Program-made: the position numbers and the translations under genes
Shown here: one piece after another, positions 1-13,600 of the stretch
Numbering within the stretch: position 1 is the stretch's first letter
Layout: the number at the start of each line of letters is the position of its first letter
Origin: Takakia lepidozioides
Taxonomy: Eukaryota > Plantae > Bryophyta
Direction of reading: 5' to 3'
DNA length: 64,000 nucleotides
NCBI GenBank assembly: GCA_030704615.1
Contig: CM060733.1
Coordinates: 52,328,001 to 52,392,000 of the forward strand
The notes under the pieces: generated by a model
Told to the model about the DNA's origin: nothing
Databases searched by the model: none
What the model saw: only the letters and a program-made list of their open reading frames with translations

Positions 1-2171
1 GGAGGGTCTAATGTAGTCCAAGAGGCGCTGGTAATGCGTGATCATAAGGATGGCATTGTTGGACTTCCTCAACCCATTCACTGCTGATGCTACATCCCGC
101 AGTGCATCTACATCCAGGCCTGAGTCAATCTCATCCAATATTGCCATGTCTGCTTCAAGCACCTGTCGTTTGATGTGCCTGTCTGTGTCAGTCACCCTTG
201 TTCCTTCCAAGCTACCATCCCCACCCCATGCCCACCATTCTCAACTCACACCTGCCACTACAACCGAGCCATAACCATTTTGCAGAAAAACTACAAGACT
301 CTCATGGGTCTCAAAAGTAGGAATACACAGCCTGAATACAGCCTCACTTCCGCAGGTGTTACCATGCTCCTGTGAAACCTCCCAAAATCCTCCAGAGGGC
401 ACATTTGCCATCACAGACATTTCACATCTCGCACATATATGCTGCTTCCCTCTACCATGATTCCTACCAGACACCAGTCACAACTGTCTCCAGCCCCCAA
501 CACTTCACCCTCGAGGGAAGAAAGCTGGTTGACATAAGCAAGCAAATCTGACAAATAACCAGCCGTTCCCATGCAACGATCCAAGGCAGGAAAAACCAGA
601 AGCTAGGTCATTGTTAGGGAAGGGAAGAAACCCTCACAGCAAGTTGAAGAATCTCATTCCGCTTCTTCTCCCCGCCACTGAAACCCTCATTGACATTGCG
701 ATTTAGAAAGCTTGGGTCCATCTTCAGCGCTGTCAGCTTGGGGGAAAGGAAGCCGTAGAACTGAAACCATCCCAGCAAAGTCATCCTACCGTCATCCTAG
801 CTAGCACTTCATACTTCTATAAACTTCAACTATCTGCTTCAATTGATTTTGTTTGGGAGAATTCATCCATAACAGTATTACCCAACTTAATAGGCCCACT
901 TCTTCATAGAAGCTTCTGCAAGTGGGTACCTCAAGTGGGCCGAGTTCCGTTAGGCCTAAAGCAACTCGTCGGGCATTGCAAGCCATGCGCAGAAAGTCCA
1001 TGTTGCTCACTCCAGGCACCTCAACTGGTGACTGAAAACTCAGAAACAGTCCCGCATGGCTTCTTTCTTCTGGCTCCTTCTCAAACAAGTTCTCCCCCTT
1101 GAAAGTGGCAGACCCACCTGTAACTCGATAGTCTGGGTGCCCCACCAGCACCTGCCTCCACGTTTCACACCAAACTTACAAGTGAATCCTAGAGAATATT
1201 AACAGCCTGATAAAGTTGAGAAAGGATGGTTTTGTCAGAAAACTACATGTTTGGGGCATTTCTTCAATTACACAAAATGCTATGGACATGTGGCCTTATT
1301 TTATGAATAGAACTCCTCTATTTGAAAAAATTTCATGAATAGAAGGTTTCACTGAAGGATACTGGCAGGATCTGCAAGTGAAACGAGGACAAAGACAAGG
1401 AGATTGTGCGGTTTGTATCATGGGGAAAGAGAGGGGGCAATGGAAGGTTTCTATCTGTATGCAAAATAATAGATTGCAAATTTCTGGCCGATGGGATGAG
1501 GGCTCATGCCTTTGAGAGCGTGCTCTTCCCTGACCCGTTCTTGCCCATTATTGCATGCACCTGCCCTGCCCATTATCCATTAGCAACCCACCAAAAACAT
1601 CGTTAATCTACCCCGCAACAGCTGTTGGTGCCAATACTGTCATTCTGTAAGAACGCTCTCTCCCAAACTTCGCAGTCCAACACAGGCAGGCAGGCTACAC
1701 ATTCTCTCTGCCAACTCTACCCTCCTTCCCGCCCTCCTTCAGAGAAAATGAAAGCTCACTTACCTCCCCTTCACGAATAGTTAGGTCAACCCCGCGCAAA
1801 ATCTCTATCCCCGAATCAGCAACAACGGCCGTAAGACCTTTGACCTCCAACAGCACATTTCCCGACAGCGCTTCAGTTCCATCCACTGCTTCAGGATGCG
1901 TGGCCAGCGTAGAGAGTGCAGCTCCTGCCGCCCTTTGAATCTCTCTCTTGCAGTTCTTCAACTCTGAACAACTCAAAAAATCCTTCAACTCAGACGAGTG
2001 ATTCACAGCCGAGAAACTGGATGCCCTTGACACTGCGCCTCTTACCAGGGCCATGGTGGGCAATGGCGTTGCAGCTCCAGCTTGGCTATAACACCGAGTG
2101 GACGGCTGCTGAGGTATAGGCAAGCACGATGACACCAATTGCAACTGCAGTGTGAGCCACTGGCACGCCAT
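1..2171 (-). CDS. sufC: Plastid Fe-S cluster assembly ABC ATPase SufC (ABCI6/NAP7-like), multi-exon, 3' end outside window
   Basis: Exons 2171-1764, 1560-1510, 1151-930, 760-638 and 162-1 splice in frame. Product: transit-peptide-like N-terminus, then LLEVKGL..., VHAIMGKNGSGKSTLSK (Walker A), GLFLSFQSPVEVPGV, NVNEGFSGGEKKRNEILQL (signature), AILDEIDSGLDVDAL (Walker B), ITHYQRLL. Confidence 0.95.
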
Positions 2172-3210
2172 TCTTCTGTGTGAGCTTGCAAGCGAGAGAG
2201 ACGACTCTCTCTCTCTCTCACACACACACGGAGACAACACACACGAATTCTCTACACAGCATAACTAACAAAAGACTCCGGATGAACGAAAAGCAGATGA
2301 ACATATTCACGAATTGGAAGATGACTGAGTGTGTGACTGTATGACTTCACTGGATCATTTCTGAATTGGTCTCGCTCTTGAAGAATTTCAGATGCAACAA
2401 TATTCTCTATACAAAGTAATTGTCCACAATCAAGAATCCAGGCATTTGTCCCTGTAATTGTTTTGTGCAGCAGTGCACGGTCGCGACACATCCAATGTCA
2501 CTAAACATCCAGTGCTAATGTATCCACAATTGGAAGGAATCCAAAAATCTTGAGTAGTTCGATCTCGAGGACTACAGTGTCAAAAATTGGATAAAATTTA
2601 AGCGTTGACCGATAAGTGCTGGGAGAGAAGAGGCGGTCTCTTTGTCATCTAATTGAAACAATGTAAATAGTCTGTGTGAGGAGGGTGCCCACTGCTGCTG
2701 TTGTGCGGTGTGTGGCTTTGGTGAAATATGGCACACAAGTCTACATAAAGGAATGTGCTGACAGTGAGTGTGCTTAGGGATGATAGTCATCATTTCTTGT
2801 GCTGCCTCCCAGTATCAGAGTGTAGAGCTCGCAGGCGATCTCAGTCGCATTCATGGGTAAATCGGTGAAGTCAACAAACTCCATCTGCAACCAATCACAC
2901 ACAAGGTGCCCTTTTAGTATCCTACTCCTGCACAACTGATAATTTATTTGAATTTTGGATCAATGCCATGGTCATGGTAGAGAAACCACACAAAGTTTGC
3001 TATCCACGGGCTAAATCTTGGTGAAGTTTGAATGAGAAGTAGAGCAACTGCAGTGCTAGACTCAGTATGTAGCGAATGTCATAAAACTACTAATCCCATA
3101 TGGAGGTTAAATTGCCGGTGCCATGTAGTCACAGGACATTCCATGTGGACTTAGCTAAAAGTTGCGTAAAGGAGAAGTAGTCTTTCGTATCATAACTCCG
3201 TGGTAGAGAC

Positions 3211-3750
3211 AAGAGAAATGAAATGAAATGAAATGGTGCTTTATAACGTCCGCGGAAAGCTCATAGAGCTTATGGGACAAAATGGAAGAAAACATGGAGA
3301 GAGAGTTTATCATCTCCAATGGAGGCCAAGGGGCCCCATGGGACACAGTAGATGTGAGAAGAAACGGAAAGACGAGATATGTTACATCTGTGGAAGGCTT
3401 GAACTTAAAGGGGCAGAAGTAGTGAGACAGACATGGAAGGAAAAGAAAGAAAGAAACTATAATGTTCACTGGAAGCTCAAAGAGCTTATGGAACATAAGA
3501 AAGCAGGATACAAGAAAGAAAGTAAGGTTCTTAACAGCCTATTTTTTAATAACTATGGAAATCTACATTAAGATACACTAGATCTCGCCTGGGATAGATA
3601 AGCTGGCAGACACTTCTGGTCCACAAGACTGGAGGCTCCAGAGGGCAGGCCTATGATATATAGTCCACAAACATAAAAGAGAGAGGAAACGAAATGAAAT
3701 AAAATGGTACTTCACAACGTCTGAGGATTCTCCAAGAGCTTATGGGACAA
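3211..3750. repeat. Degenerate dispersed direct repeats in the intergenic region (probable TE relic)
   Basis: GAAATGAAAT-GGT(G/A)CTT...AGAGCTTATGGGACAA occurs at ~3215-3280 and ~3690-3750, with a partial copy (AGAGCTTATGGAACA) at ~3481. Confidence 0.5.
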
Positions 3751-4696
3751 GAGCAATGAGGAAATTAAGAAAGGAACTCTATAACAAACACAGAGGGACT
3801 AAGGGCACATGGGGCAGTGAGAGAGAGAGCTAAATGGATGCTTGGCAAAAGAAAAGCCTACACTGCACCGTGCACCCATCTGAAATTGGACAATAGAGGA
3901 TAAACTTCAGCAGACAGAGGTATGGTAGTAATCACTCCTACAAACAAACAGGCATCTTAGAGAAGCAGCAAGTACAAGGATACAATACGCACATTATCCC
4001 CTGTTTTCAGCTCAATGAGCACTCCACTTGGTCGTAGACCTCTTCTTTCTGCATGTATATTTGAGATGCTTCCATGGTCCATGTGTATTCTCTGCAAAGC
4101 CCCGTGCAAGTCACCATCTCCATCTCAACCACAATTGCAGCATTCAGCACCCAGCCATGCAAGAGGTAATGTATTCAGTAGCTTGCGGTAGCCTTGGAGC
4201 CACAGACTCTGTGGATAGACCAGAAAAGACCAGGTGGGGTGAGGAGGGGAGGTGAGCAGAACAGGGTCGGTGCAGGGGGCACAGTCCACTAGTGAACTCC
4301 AGAATGCAAAAATTTGGATTTGGCCAGCCAAATTGCTCTGGAAAGGATATCATATAGCATAAATTAAGTGCAAAAGTTCCACCCCAAATGAAGACCCAAA
4401 GAAGAAACAGAGACACTGTCATGGCCATTCTGAGCATGTTCAGGCCTTTGGCTTTGGAGGCAGCCAGTTCTAGGAAATTTGTTCTAGTTTTCCACCAAAG
4501 TTTCCCTTGTTTTGGAAGGTAATGAGGTAATGACTTGCTCCTTTCCTCTAACCCGAAAAATGGAAAGAAAGGAACTTTTGAGCATCCATAGGAACCCAGA
4601 GACATGGTGGGGGAGCAGGACATGTTTGGTTTGGGCCAAACCTGAGGTGTCCACCTACACAATCGCTAAATCCTGCTAGAAGCAGGATGCATTTAA

Positions 4697-7600
4697 TCAA
4701 GATACCTTCTGTCCATCATCCTGTTCAAAAAAGAGATCTGTAGCTGAAACCACCAGCACTCCTGGGTGCTTATCTAAAACCCCCCATTTGGAGCACTTGA
4801 ATGCTGCAATCACACAACAAAGCAAAAACCATAACCATGCCTGCGTAAAAAATACACGAGATCTCCAACTCTCTGCAAATTTATCCGAGTGGGACAATGC
4901 AAAATAGACAGTTAAGGCATGCTTCTTCATCACCTACTACTATTGTTGCAGGAATTATGGTTGCGGAGTTCTTCTGGTTCCTAGCTCATATGCTGCCGAC
5001 ACTTAGCTGAATAAGATGAGAGATAACAGCATGCAAGGAAAGACAATTAACATGAGAGGGGACAAGCACAAACACTTCATTGTCGAACTCTGTTTGGTTG
5101 TTAGTTTGTCTTGCTGCTCAGCCCAGATAGGGGCCATGTACTTATCCAGCAAGGTTCCCTTCCCTGCTACCTGTCATAGGAATAATGCCATTATCATGTA
5201 CTAAGTGAATGGTTCAGTGCATCAACAGAGGCAAAAGACAACCATTACACGTTAGGAAACTAAGTTTCTACATACAATTGGCATCACACACCCAGGCCTC
5301 TATCCCAAAACAGGATATTTGACCCAGGCATGTTTTGGGGACAAAAATTACCTGTTTGAAAATGATCCGGCATACCACATCGCGATTGGAAAACCTGCTG
5401 AACTTTACTGGCTGGTTATTCAAAGGAGTGAAAATAATCGAGTCTGTGCCTGATGCTTGACAGCGCATAATTCGCTCAAACGAGAAAGAAAAGGGATGGC
5501 AGCCATCTGCTGCAACCATCGTGGCTTCTCCGAAGCAGATCCTCTTGCAGGTAACATACAAGGTACCAACTACCTTCCGTGCATTTCTGCACCAGATGGC
5601 CATAGATCCAGAGTTATGGAACTTCTAAGTTCCTTACCCCTGTCTGCTTGTGAACAAATAAGAACACCATGAGCACGCCCTAACAACAGCTATGCAGTTC
5701 TCATATCCACCATGTGCATTGGAACGCCCCCCTTCTGTCATCTGTCGCAATAAACATACCTGCATGGATATGATGCAACCAATTTTTCCTCCCTTGGAAG
5801 TCCAAACTTGAACTGCCATGCAGACAGGCCAACACATTTTCACTGGTAAGAGCCTCAGTCCCATACTGCACTACCATACTGCTGTTTCACGTGTTTTGTG
5901 CATGCAGGCAATATTGAGTGGAGATACTCTATTTGCAAACTTGTGTTAATTGAAAGCCTATAAGAGGGTCACACCAGCCACAAACCTGCATGACCTTGTT
6001 GTTAGCAATAGAGCTTTGATGCATGACCAGCTCTTGGGCTTCCTCATCATCTCTTTGCCTTAAAAGACACAGATAATCGAGCACGTGCAGCTGAACATCT
6101 GTTATGGTGCCATTCTTATGGGTGTCTTCAGACATTGTTCTCGAAGCCCCATCCCCATTTTGAGCACAGCTACTATTGTCAGTAGTACCCACAATCCCAT
6201 TCATGGTTCCATTTGTACTGCTGTTGGTATATCCATTAGTACTGCGATTCATACTTCCTATGCATACTGCTGCCGAATGGTGAAGGGCTGAGCCGTTGAA
6301 AGAGTCCCAGGCTTGCCAGTAGATGGTACAGAGCTCCCGTGTATCCATGTCCCAGCAGGCCAAGATCTTGCGCAGACGAGCACATGCTTGGTCCATTTGG
6401 GACGACGTGAGTCCCATGCCACCACATTGGAAATAGTCATAGAATACAGTCAAGCTTTCTTGTAGGTCACGGCGTTGCTTTAGAGTCATTGGATTAGGGT
6501 CCTCATCCCGATTCAATACAAACTCCTCCATGAAGAAAAGAAGGGCTCTAGTAATCTCCTGCATGCACAGATATTGACTGTCATATTTCCAACTGTGGCA
6601 GTTGGATCTTGATCTTGTGTGTCTGGGTTATATGTTTCTCACCGCCCTTTCTCCGTACATACAGGAAAGTTGCCATGACCCGACCGGACAGGGCAGATGG
6701 TGCAGTAAACGAAATCAAATCACAATAACATAAGCAGTAAATGGACACATCTAGAAACACTTCACACGGTATTTTCCACCCATATTACAGAAGGAGAATG
6801 TGGAACCTGCGAACATAACCACATTCAATCAGTAAGCTCACCACACATGTCCCAACTATTTGTCTTCCCACCATTTTTATTTCTTCTAACTTTCCAGTTG
6901 CTGCAAAATGGAGAGAGACAGAAGTGATAGCAGACATAACAGTAGATGTTTCAATATCTTACATATAAGACCTGCCGGAATATGGATGGGTTCAATGATT
7001 CATTCATGATTGTAAGATGCTGATCCAGGAATTTGGTCAACGGCTGCAACTGCTCGGCTATCTCAGAGTGACTCTTGCCGTCCAACATTTTATTTTGGAG
7101 AACACATCCGAGCTGCATCCCAAGCTGGTTCTGTACGCAAAATCCAAATGTGTTGTTCAGGACAGTAAACGACACTAATAAAGAGCGATCGCCTGCAATT
7201 ACACCTCAATCCTCGCAGCAGGGGTTGCACAAAGTAAGCTTTATTGTTCTCTTGCCCAAAGCACATGCATGTCCACAATCATTCGACGGTATAGACATTT
7301 GATACAAGGAAAACAGAGGCCTCCAACCTCTCGTACATAGATACAGACAGGTCCCCCTCACAGTCAAGTTTGGGCCCACAACAGCATTGTTGCAAGAGCT
7401 TGTGGGTACGGGCAATCCTTCACTAATGCTACACATAATGGTGTGCATACTTGTAAGAGGTTCTGGCTATCCTTTCACTCATGCCACACGTGGCTAGTTA
7501 CATCCATTAGATTCTTTGTTAGTTATATGTTGCAATCCCCAAGGGAAAAAATTGCAAATTAAAAGCTCCAGTCACACGTTTGGCATCCAACTATCCTTAA

Positions 7601-10600
7601 CATCAATAAATGCCTGTTGATGCACACACTCAAAATATTTACAAATAGTTCACATTCAACAATAGTTTATTCATTCCTAAATGAAAGGGGTATCTATAAA
7701 CATTATGAAAAAAAGGCATTTCAGGAGGTATACCTGGAGGTTCTCCACAACAGATCCAATTATGTTGGCAAGAGTCTGGTTTACAGAATGTTGAAGCTGA
7801 ATAAACCTCTCATTCGTTCTCCCTTCCATCTTGGAATGTCCATTTTGAGATAAGGGTCCACCCTTGCTTGCACTCTCATGTTCTCTGTTACAAATCCCTC
7901 GCAGCCAATCATCAGAGTCCGTATGTGAAAACTAAAACCTTCTCCCATATCACCATGCTTGTAAAACAAACGGGAAGGGACCTTTTAGAAATCAAACTCT
8001 CTGTGCGAACCACAGAAACAGATACAAGGCTGTATCTCCTCCGAAGTACAGAACCTGCAGCTATTCATCTACGTTCAATCAAACGGTCAGGACTCTCCCC
8101 CTCATCTGTGTCCTAACAACGAACGGCATTCAGGAAAAGGAACATGCAACCAAGGTGGAGAGCTGACATGCCCAGGTCCTCTTGAAGGTGCCGATCCCCA
8201 CTCACATGCCGCTCCTTGGGGAGGGAAGAAACTGCTTCCCACTTAGTTGTGAGTGTTGATTCCAGCTTCTGTTGCTGTTCTAAGACTGCAATTATGTTGT
8301 TCAGCTGTACCATGCCGCACACAAAAGAGAGATCATACATCCACCAGGGAAGGTTCCTTTCCAGAACTTTACCCGCATCCAATTCTCATTTATCGTTCAC
8401 GTCAGAAAAATACATATTTCTTCCATGTTGGTTGAGCAATAGCTGCTTCATCAGAGAAGTGGCTAATGGGCCAACAGGTCAGACACTGTTGACTCGGCCC
8501 CTTCCCCTTCCCCCTCCCTCGGCCTCAGAGCCCACCAGCAGGAACCCAAATGTGATTGCTAAAACTCAGAAAGCACGGCACAACTGAATGATGGCAATTT
8601 CAAATAAGGACCATGATATACTCTTTGGGGCAGCATGAGAGCAACAATTTTCCAGAGCCCCATTGTGCACCCACGAGGATCCAAATATACCCACCGACTC
8701 TTACTGAGCGGAACTGCCTTGGGAAGCTCAAAGCAACCTTACCTTTACACAAAGCGTTGTGGAGATGGAAAGAGCAAAAGAGTCCTTGGTGTGAACACCG
8801 CTTCGCTCTTCAGCTGGTTCTTCAGGGAGGTCCCGCAGGCAGAGCTTCTCCAGAATACAGACATACATTTGCACTGCTGCGCAAATAATATCTTGCACTT
8901 GTGGTATGTACTGCTCTCCAAATGGCAGTGATAGTAGCCGTGAAGTCAACTCCTCCACCACTTGGCCGATCATAAAATACAGATCTGATCGCCATGAATG
9001 TAACGTAGAATACAAGTTTCAGCAAAACAGCATCCCTACGTGAATTTATACTGAAATTTTGTTGATCAATGTCCAAAGTAGGCCATTTTACTAATGGGAT
9101 TATCGGTAAGGTTTTGATGTATCCCCATGACTGATACCTCTTGCCAGCTACAGGGAAACAACTACACAGGTGGAGATGTTCAGAACTGATGATACTTGCA
9201 AGATTTAATTCTTCCAGTCCTTCCAGGGAGCTTTAAAATGGTTTTCAGGGACGATCACACGCAATTGTGAAATCCCCAAGTCTTGAAACACCTTACAACT
9301 TTTTTAAAAGGGCCCTGAATTATAATAACTCATATCAAACTGGAAAAGCAATGTGTCAGGCTGGCGAGCACTCACCCACAACTGAGAAAGAGAACAAGGC
9401 ATCCGTCTGAGGTGAAAGAGGCTCCCATTTCTCAGTGCTTATACTTGAGCTCACCCAGCTGCATACATGCCAGCATTGTAGCACAAACAAACCTTACAAC
9501 CAACAGTACTGAAGTCAATGTACCACTCCATGTTCATGCATATCTAATGTACCTGTCACCACTGCCAAGCCTGTCTCTTTAGTGTCAACAGCATTGGATA
9601 AAAAGCACTAGAACAGGGATCTGGGCTTACTCAATCATTCGAGGCTTTGTGGAGGATACCCAATGCTCAATGTGTTCATTGAAGAGGGTGTGCAAGTCAA
9701 GGAGTTCACCTTCTACTTCAATCCCCTCAAGATCTCCATGTAGAAGTGAAAACTCAGTTACGAGGTCCTGTCAAGTTTACACCATGTCAGACAATGTTCA
9801 GAAACAAAATACAGATATTCTTGCCAGAATGGGATCCATTCCCAATGTTTTCTCTGTCACCACATACAGCTTTCAGAAGACAAATATGGTTAGAAAATCA
9901 ACCAGAGTTTGGATCTCTGGCCATACACAATCAAGAGAACAAACCTATTGACATGGGTGGCTCAACAGAGGGATGGACTAGAAAGGGCTAATTTAAAACA
10001 ATGGACTAGATAAAACTACAAGTCAGAAAGGTCCACACATTATGTAGATGAAACTATTGAGGGATACGTTCCTTTTGTACCAGAGATCTGGCTGCATTGA
10101 ACTACCAAATGTAGGATATCGAAGCCTTTTGTATCTTAGGATCCTTGCAGGTTTGAACCTTGAGGTAAGAATTTTGTGAGTGTAGGGTGCAACAGATTTT
10201 CATATATTTGCATTGAAATGGTGCAAGTGCAGTGAATGGAATAGGGGCCAAGCAATTCCGGGGTATATAATAAGGAGGTAAGGAATGCCTTTGTCCTACC
10301 CCATATTCTTTGGTAAAGGTCTTAACAGTGGCAGCTCCAGTGAAGCACTGTACATAGTGAGAAACCTGCAAGAATTCAACATCCAGTGTGAAAAGCCTAC
10401 ACCAAACCTGAACCAAAAACACCTATGATGAACCTTTGTCTGATAACTTCCAACTGATTTTATGTTGTATTATTGCCGTCCTTACCTTACAAGCAAGCCC
10501 TTAAAAGGTCCAAGGTGTGCAAGCAGGTTATGGTCAGTCCTAGTTATTTGTGCACGTACCAAAAGGCAACAAAAGGAAAACATAGGCAGTCCAGTGATTG

Positions 10601-13600
10601 TGTAGGTAGGTTCTGTTCAAAAACACTGAGTTAGTGTTGGATCTACGAATGTTTCATGACCCGTGTATATAATAGAATGCATGTACTGAACAGAGAAGGG
10701 TGGAAAGATGAGACATCTTTACCAGTCTATAGTATATTGGAGCTGTGATTCCAAGTAGATCAAAGCCAGCAGGAAAGACTCCTTTAAAGAATGTTTTCTG
10801 CTCAGCAATGTCACCACGAACCAATCGCACTGCTTTGACTAACGACTGTGCACTTATCTCCCTCATCTCTCCTCCATCAGCATCCTTGAATAGTTGCTTG
10901 TGTAACCTTACTTCGCAGCTTTTCTTTTGTACCCAATCAAGACACATTCACAACTTCATTGTCTTAGCCAGTTGCTTCAATGTCCTGGACCTCATGATTT
11001 ATATATCAAATGTGAGAGCCTAGTGAGTCTGAACTCAAATTAGTTGCAGGATAAAATGAGATGACCAAATCCAAGGTAAAGAATAGCTTTCAAAGACGTA
11101 AATGTAAACAACAGGACAAAGCTTAAGAGATCTAAAGTACAAGAAAAATAAAGTACATCCATACAATTGTAACCAGCCGTTATAACTCCTCGCTGACCTC
11201 ATCAGTTCCCGACGGTATCTGCACTCCTACTTCACCAGTGGAGAAAACCGAAACCAAGCAAGACTAAATGCATGTCCAATCAAAAATTGACAAACAAAGA
11301 TCGACCATGAAAGTTGTGTGACCAGGCAGACAAATCTGAAGCTAATTTGTGTTTGAAATGCAGGTACCTGAATCCAGCTCCGGAGAGGAATAAGGATTTC
11401 AGCTGGCTTTGGATCCCAACGAAGGATGAGCCCCAAAAGTTCTATCAGTCTTGATAATGCTCCAGGTGGTCTATTCCCAGGAAAGGTTGTTTGGAAATTT
11501 TCCATTGCATCAATAGCCGGCTTCATCAACACTACCCAACCACCATCAACCGAAAGGGTCAATTCCAATTTTACAGGAATTTCCATGGTCAACACCATTG
11601 CTAGTACTTTCCTGAGGGGTACATCTGCTTTACTCTAGGCCTGAATTTTGCTGTGCCACGAGCTTCACTTTCAGTTGTTCAGCAGTATAAGGATCAAAGC
11701 ACATAAAAGAAGGTGGGGGCCTAGTAAGACTCTTAGCCCTGCATACATACATATACAATAACTGAAAAGCAATGCTGGGGTCGACACAGCACTGGATGCA
11801 TCATAACACACAAAGGTATCTGGAGGCAAAGGCAGCTACTATTCACATACACAAAAATGGGAGTAATACGTGCTAAATTATACTTCCTGCTGACTAAACC
11901 ACCAACTAATCTGTAAGCAAATCCTGGCACGACAGAGATTCACTCTTGGGTTTTAGGTTCACTATTACAGCGGGATGTTTGCCTTGCAGCAGGCCTCCAA
12001 TAATCAATGCCAAATGGAGACCCTCTTGCCCTTTCGGGGATAGGGAGATGGGATTCGGAAACAGTAGTAACAGAAAGAAGAGGGGAGGCATACAAACAAC
12101 AATGTTGCAGTGTAATGCCAGCTCATTCTTTGTGAGCCTTCCTTCCTTAGCTGCATTGCAAGCAGGTAGCCACTCATGGACAATTCCCATGCAGTATTGA
12201 GCATCTTGTTGAAATAGTGCAGTCATCACATGAACAATGCCCAAAGCACACCGCTCCATCCGTATTCGATAGTGAGCCCCAAAGCCATAGACTAGTTGCC
12301 TCCACTGGGGCCCTAGCTGGAAACAAGCTGCAAGAAAGTTTGCCACAGTGGAAACAGAACTTAGTCCTGATGATAAATTCAGGACAGTGAAAACTAATCT
12401 TTCCAGATTTAGGCTTGTAGGAATTTGAAGTCTGAGATCATTCCCCAATACTAGCTCTCGCAGCAAACATCTTGAATTTTCATTCCAACATCCAAATTCT
12501 CCATGCCATCACTGCAGACCTTTTAAGAACATGAAATTCCAGAACCATGTCCATAAACTGCTTCACTTCAGTTCTGTACAATTACCATCCTTCTCCGCAT
12601 GAAAGGCGAGCTGCACAAGATTGTCATATGCTGTTTCAATGTCCTCTATTGGAGGCATGAGGAGCAGCTTATTGGGGGGAGCATCCCTGCATTGAAAAGA
12701 TCAGTAGCATTAGACCATGCAACTTGACTGGTCTAAGAGAAACATAAGGCAGGGAAGGTCCAAATTAGTGAGTATCCTTGAAGCTTGCCTTGGTGCACAG
12801 ATATCATACCAGTGACAATAAATCACACTATTACTCTTTGTAAGATTATTCAATCAAATCGCAAAAGGAAATTTCCCTGACACCAGGTGCTCATCAAAGG
12901 TGGGATCTCTGAGCTTGAGGCTCCAAATTTGGAAGTCTATTCCTTTCCAGTTTTAGTGAAACTCCAAACAATATTGCAGTAACACTGCCACAACTCCACC
13001 AACCACAACTATTGAATTATCTGCCTGTACAAGAAAAAGACAGAACAAAGCAGCAAAAATGCCTTGGACTCAGGGCAGTATAGCTGCAAACAAGGACCTG
13101 TAGAAGCGTTCACAAGAACAAGTAAACTGCAACTGAATGGTGCTCACACCCTGCCGGCCTCTCTCATCTGCAAGCAAGTAAGATGTAGCTGGAGACTGTC
13201 CTTGAACGCCTCCTTGACAAAGAGCTTGGGCTTCAATGTGGCTGAACGATATAATGACCTGACCCAGGAAAGTATCTCCACTCCAAGGTGCCACCTGCAT
13301 GGATTATCATTGCTGAATTGGAAGCCAGAAACATCCTTAAATGTGCAACCAGTTTCCCGAAATGGCTTGACCTGATGATAAAAATGAAAAGATGGTATTT
13401 GGGTCTGGAGCTTCGTGTGTGCCTTGTTCCGCAATCACATTGGCACCTCTCTGTTTTCTAAACACAAATGTAAAGTAACATCTGACATAGGAGAATTTCA
13501 TGCTGAAAAACGGATGATCAACAATATATCTACTACTTCAGCGTGAAGTGGACACCACAGCATGATTACAAGTATTATAATCCTCAGCAGGAATTTTTCA

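Noticed and set aside
3233-3571. Lys-rich ORF with CYICG as a zinc-finger gene
   Set aside because: Lies in purine-rich degenerate repeats and lacks the remaining Zn ligands.
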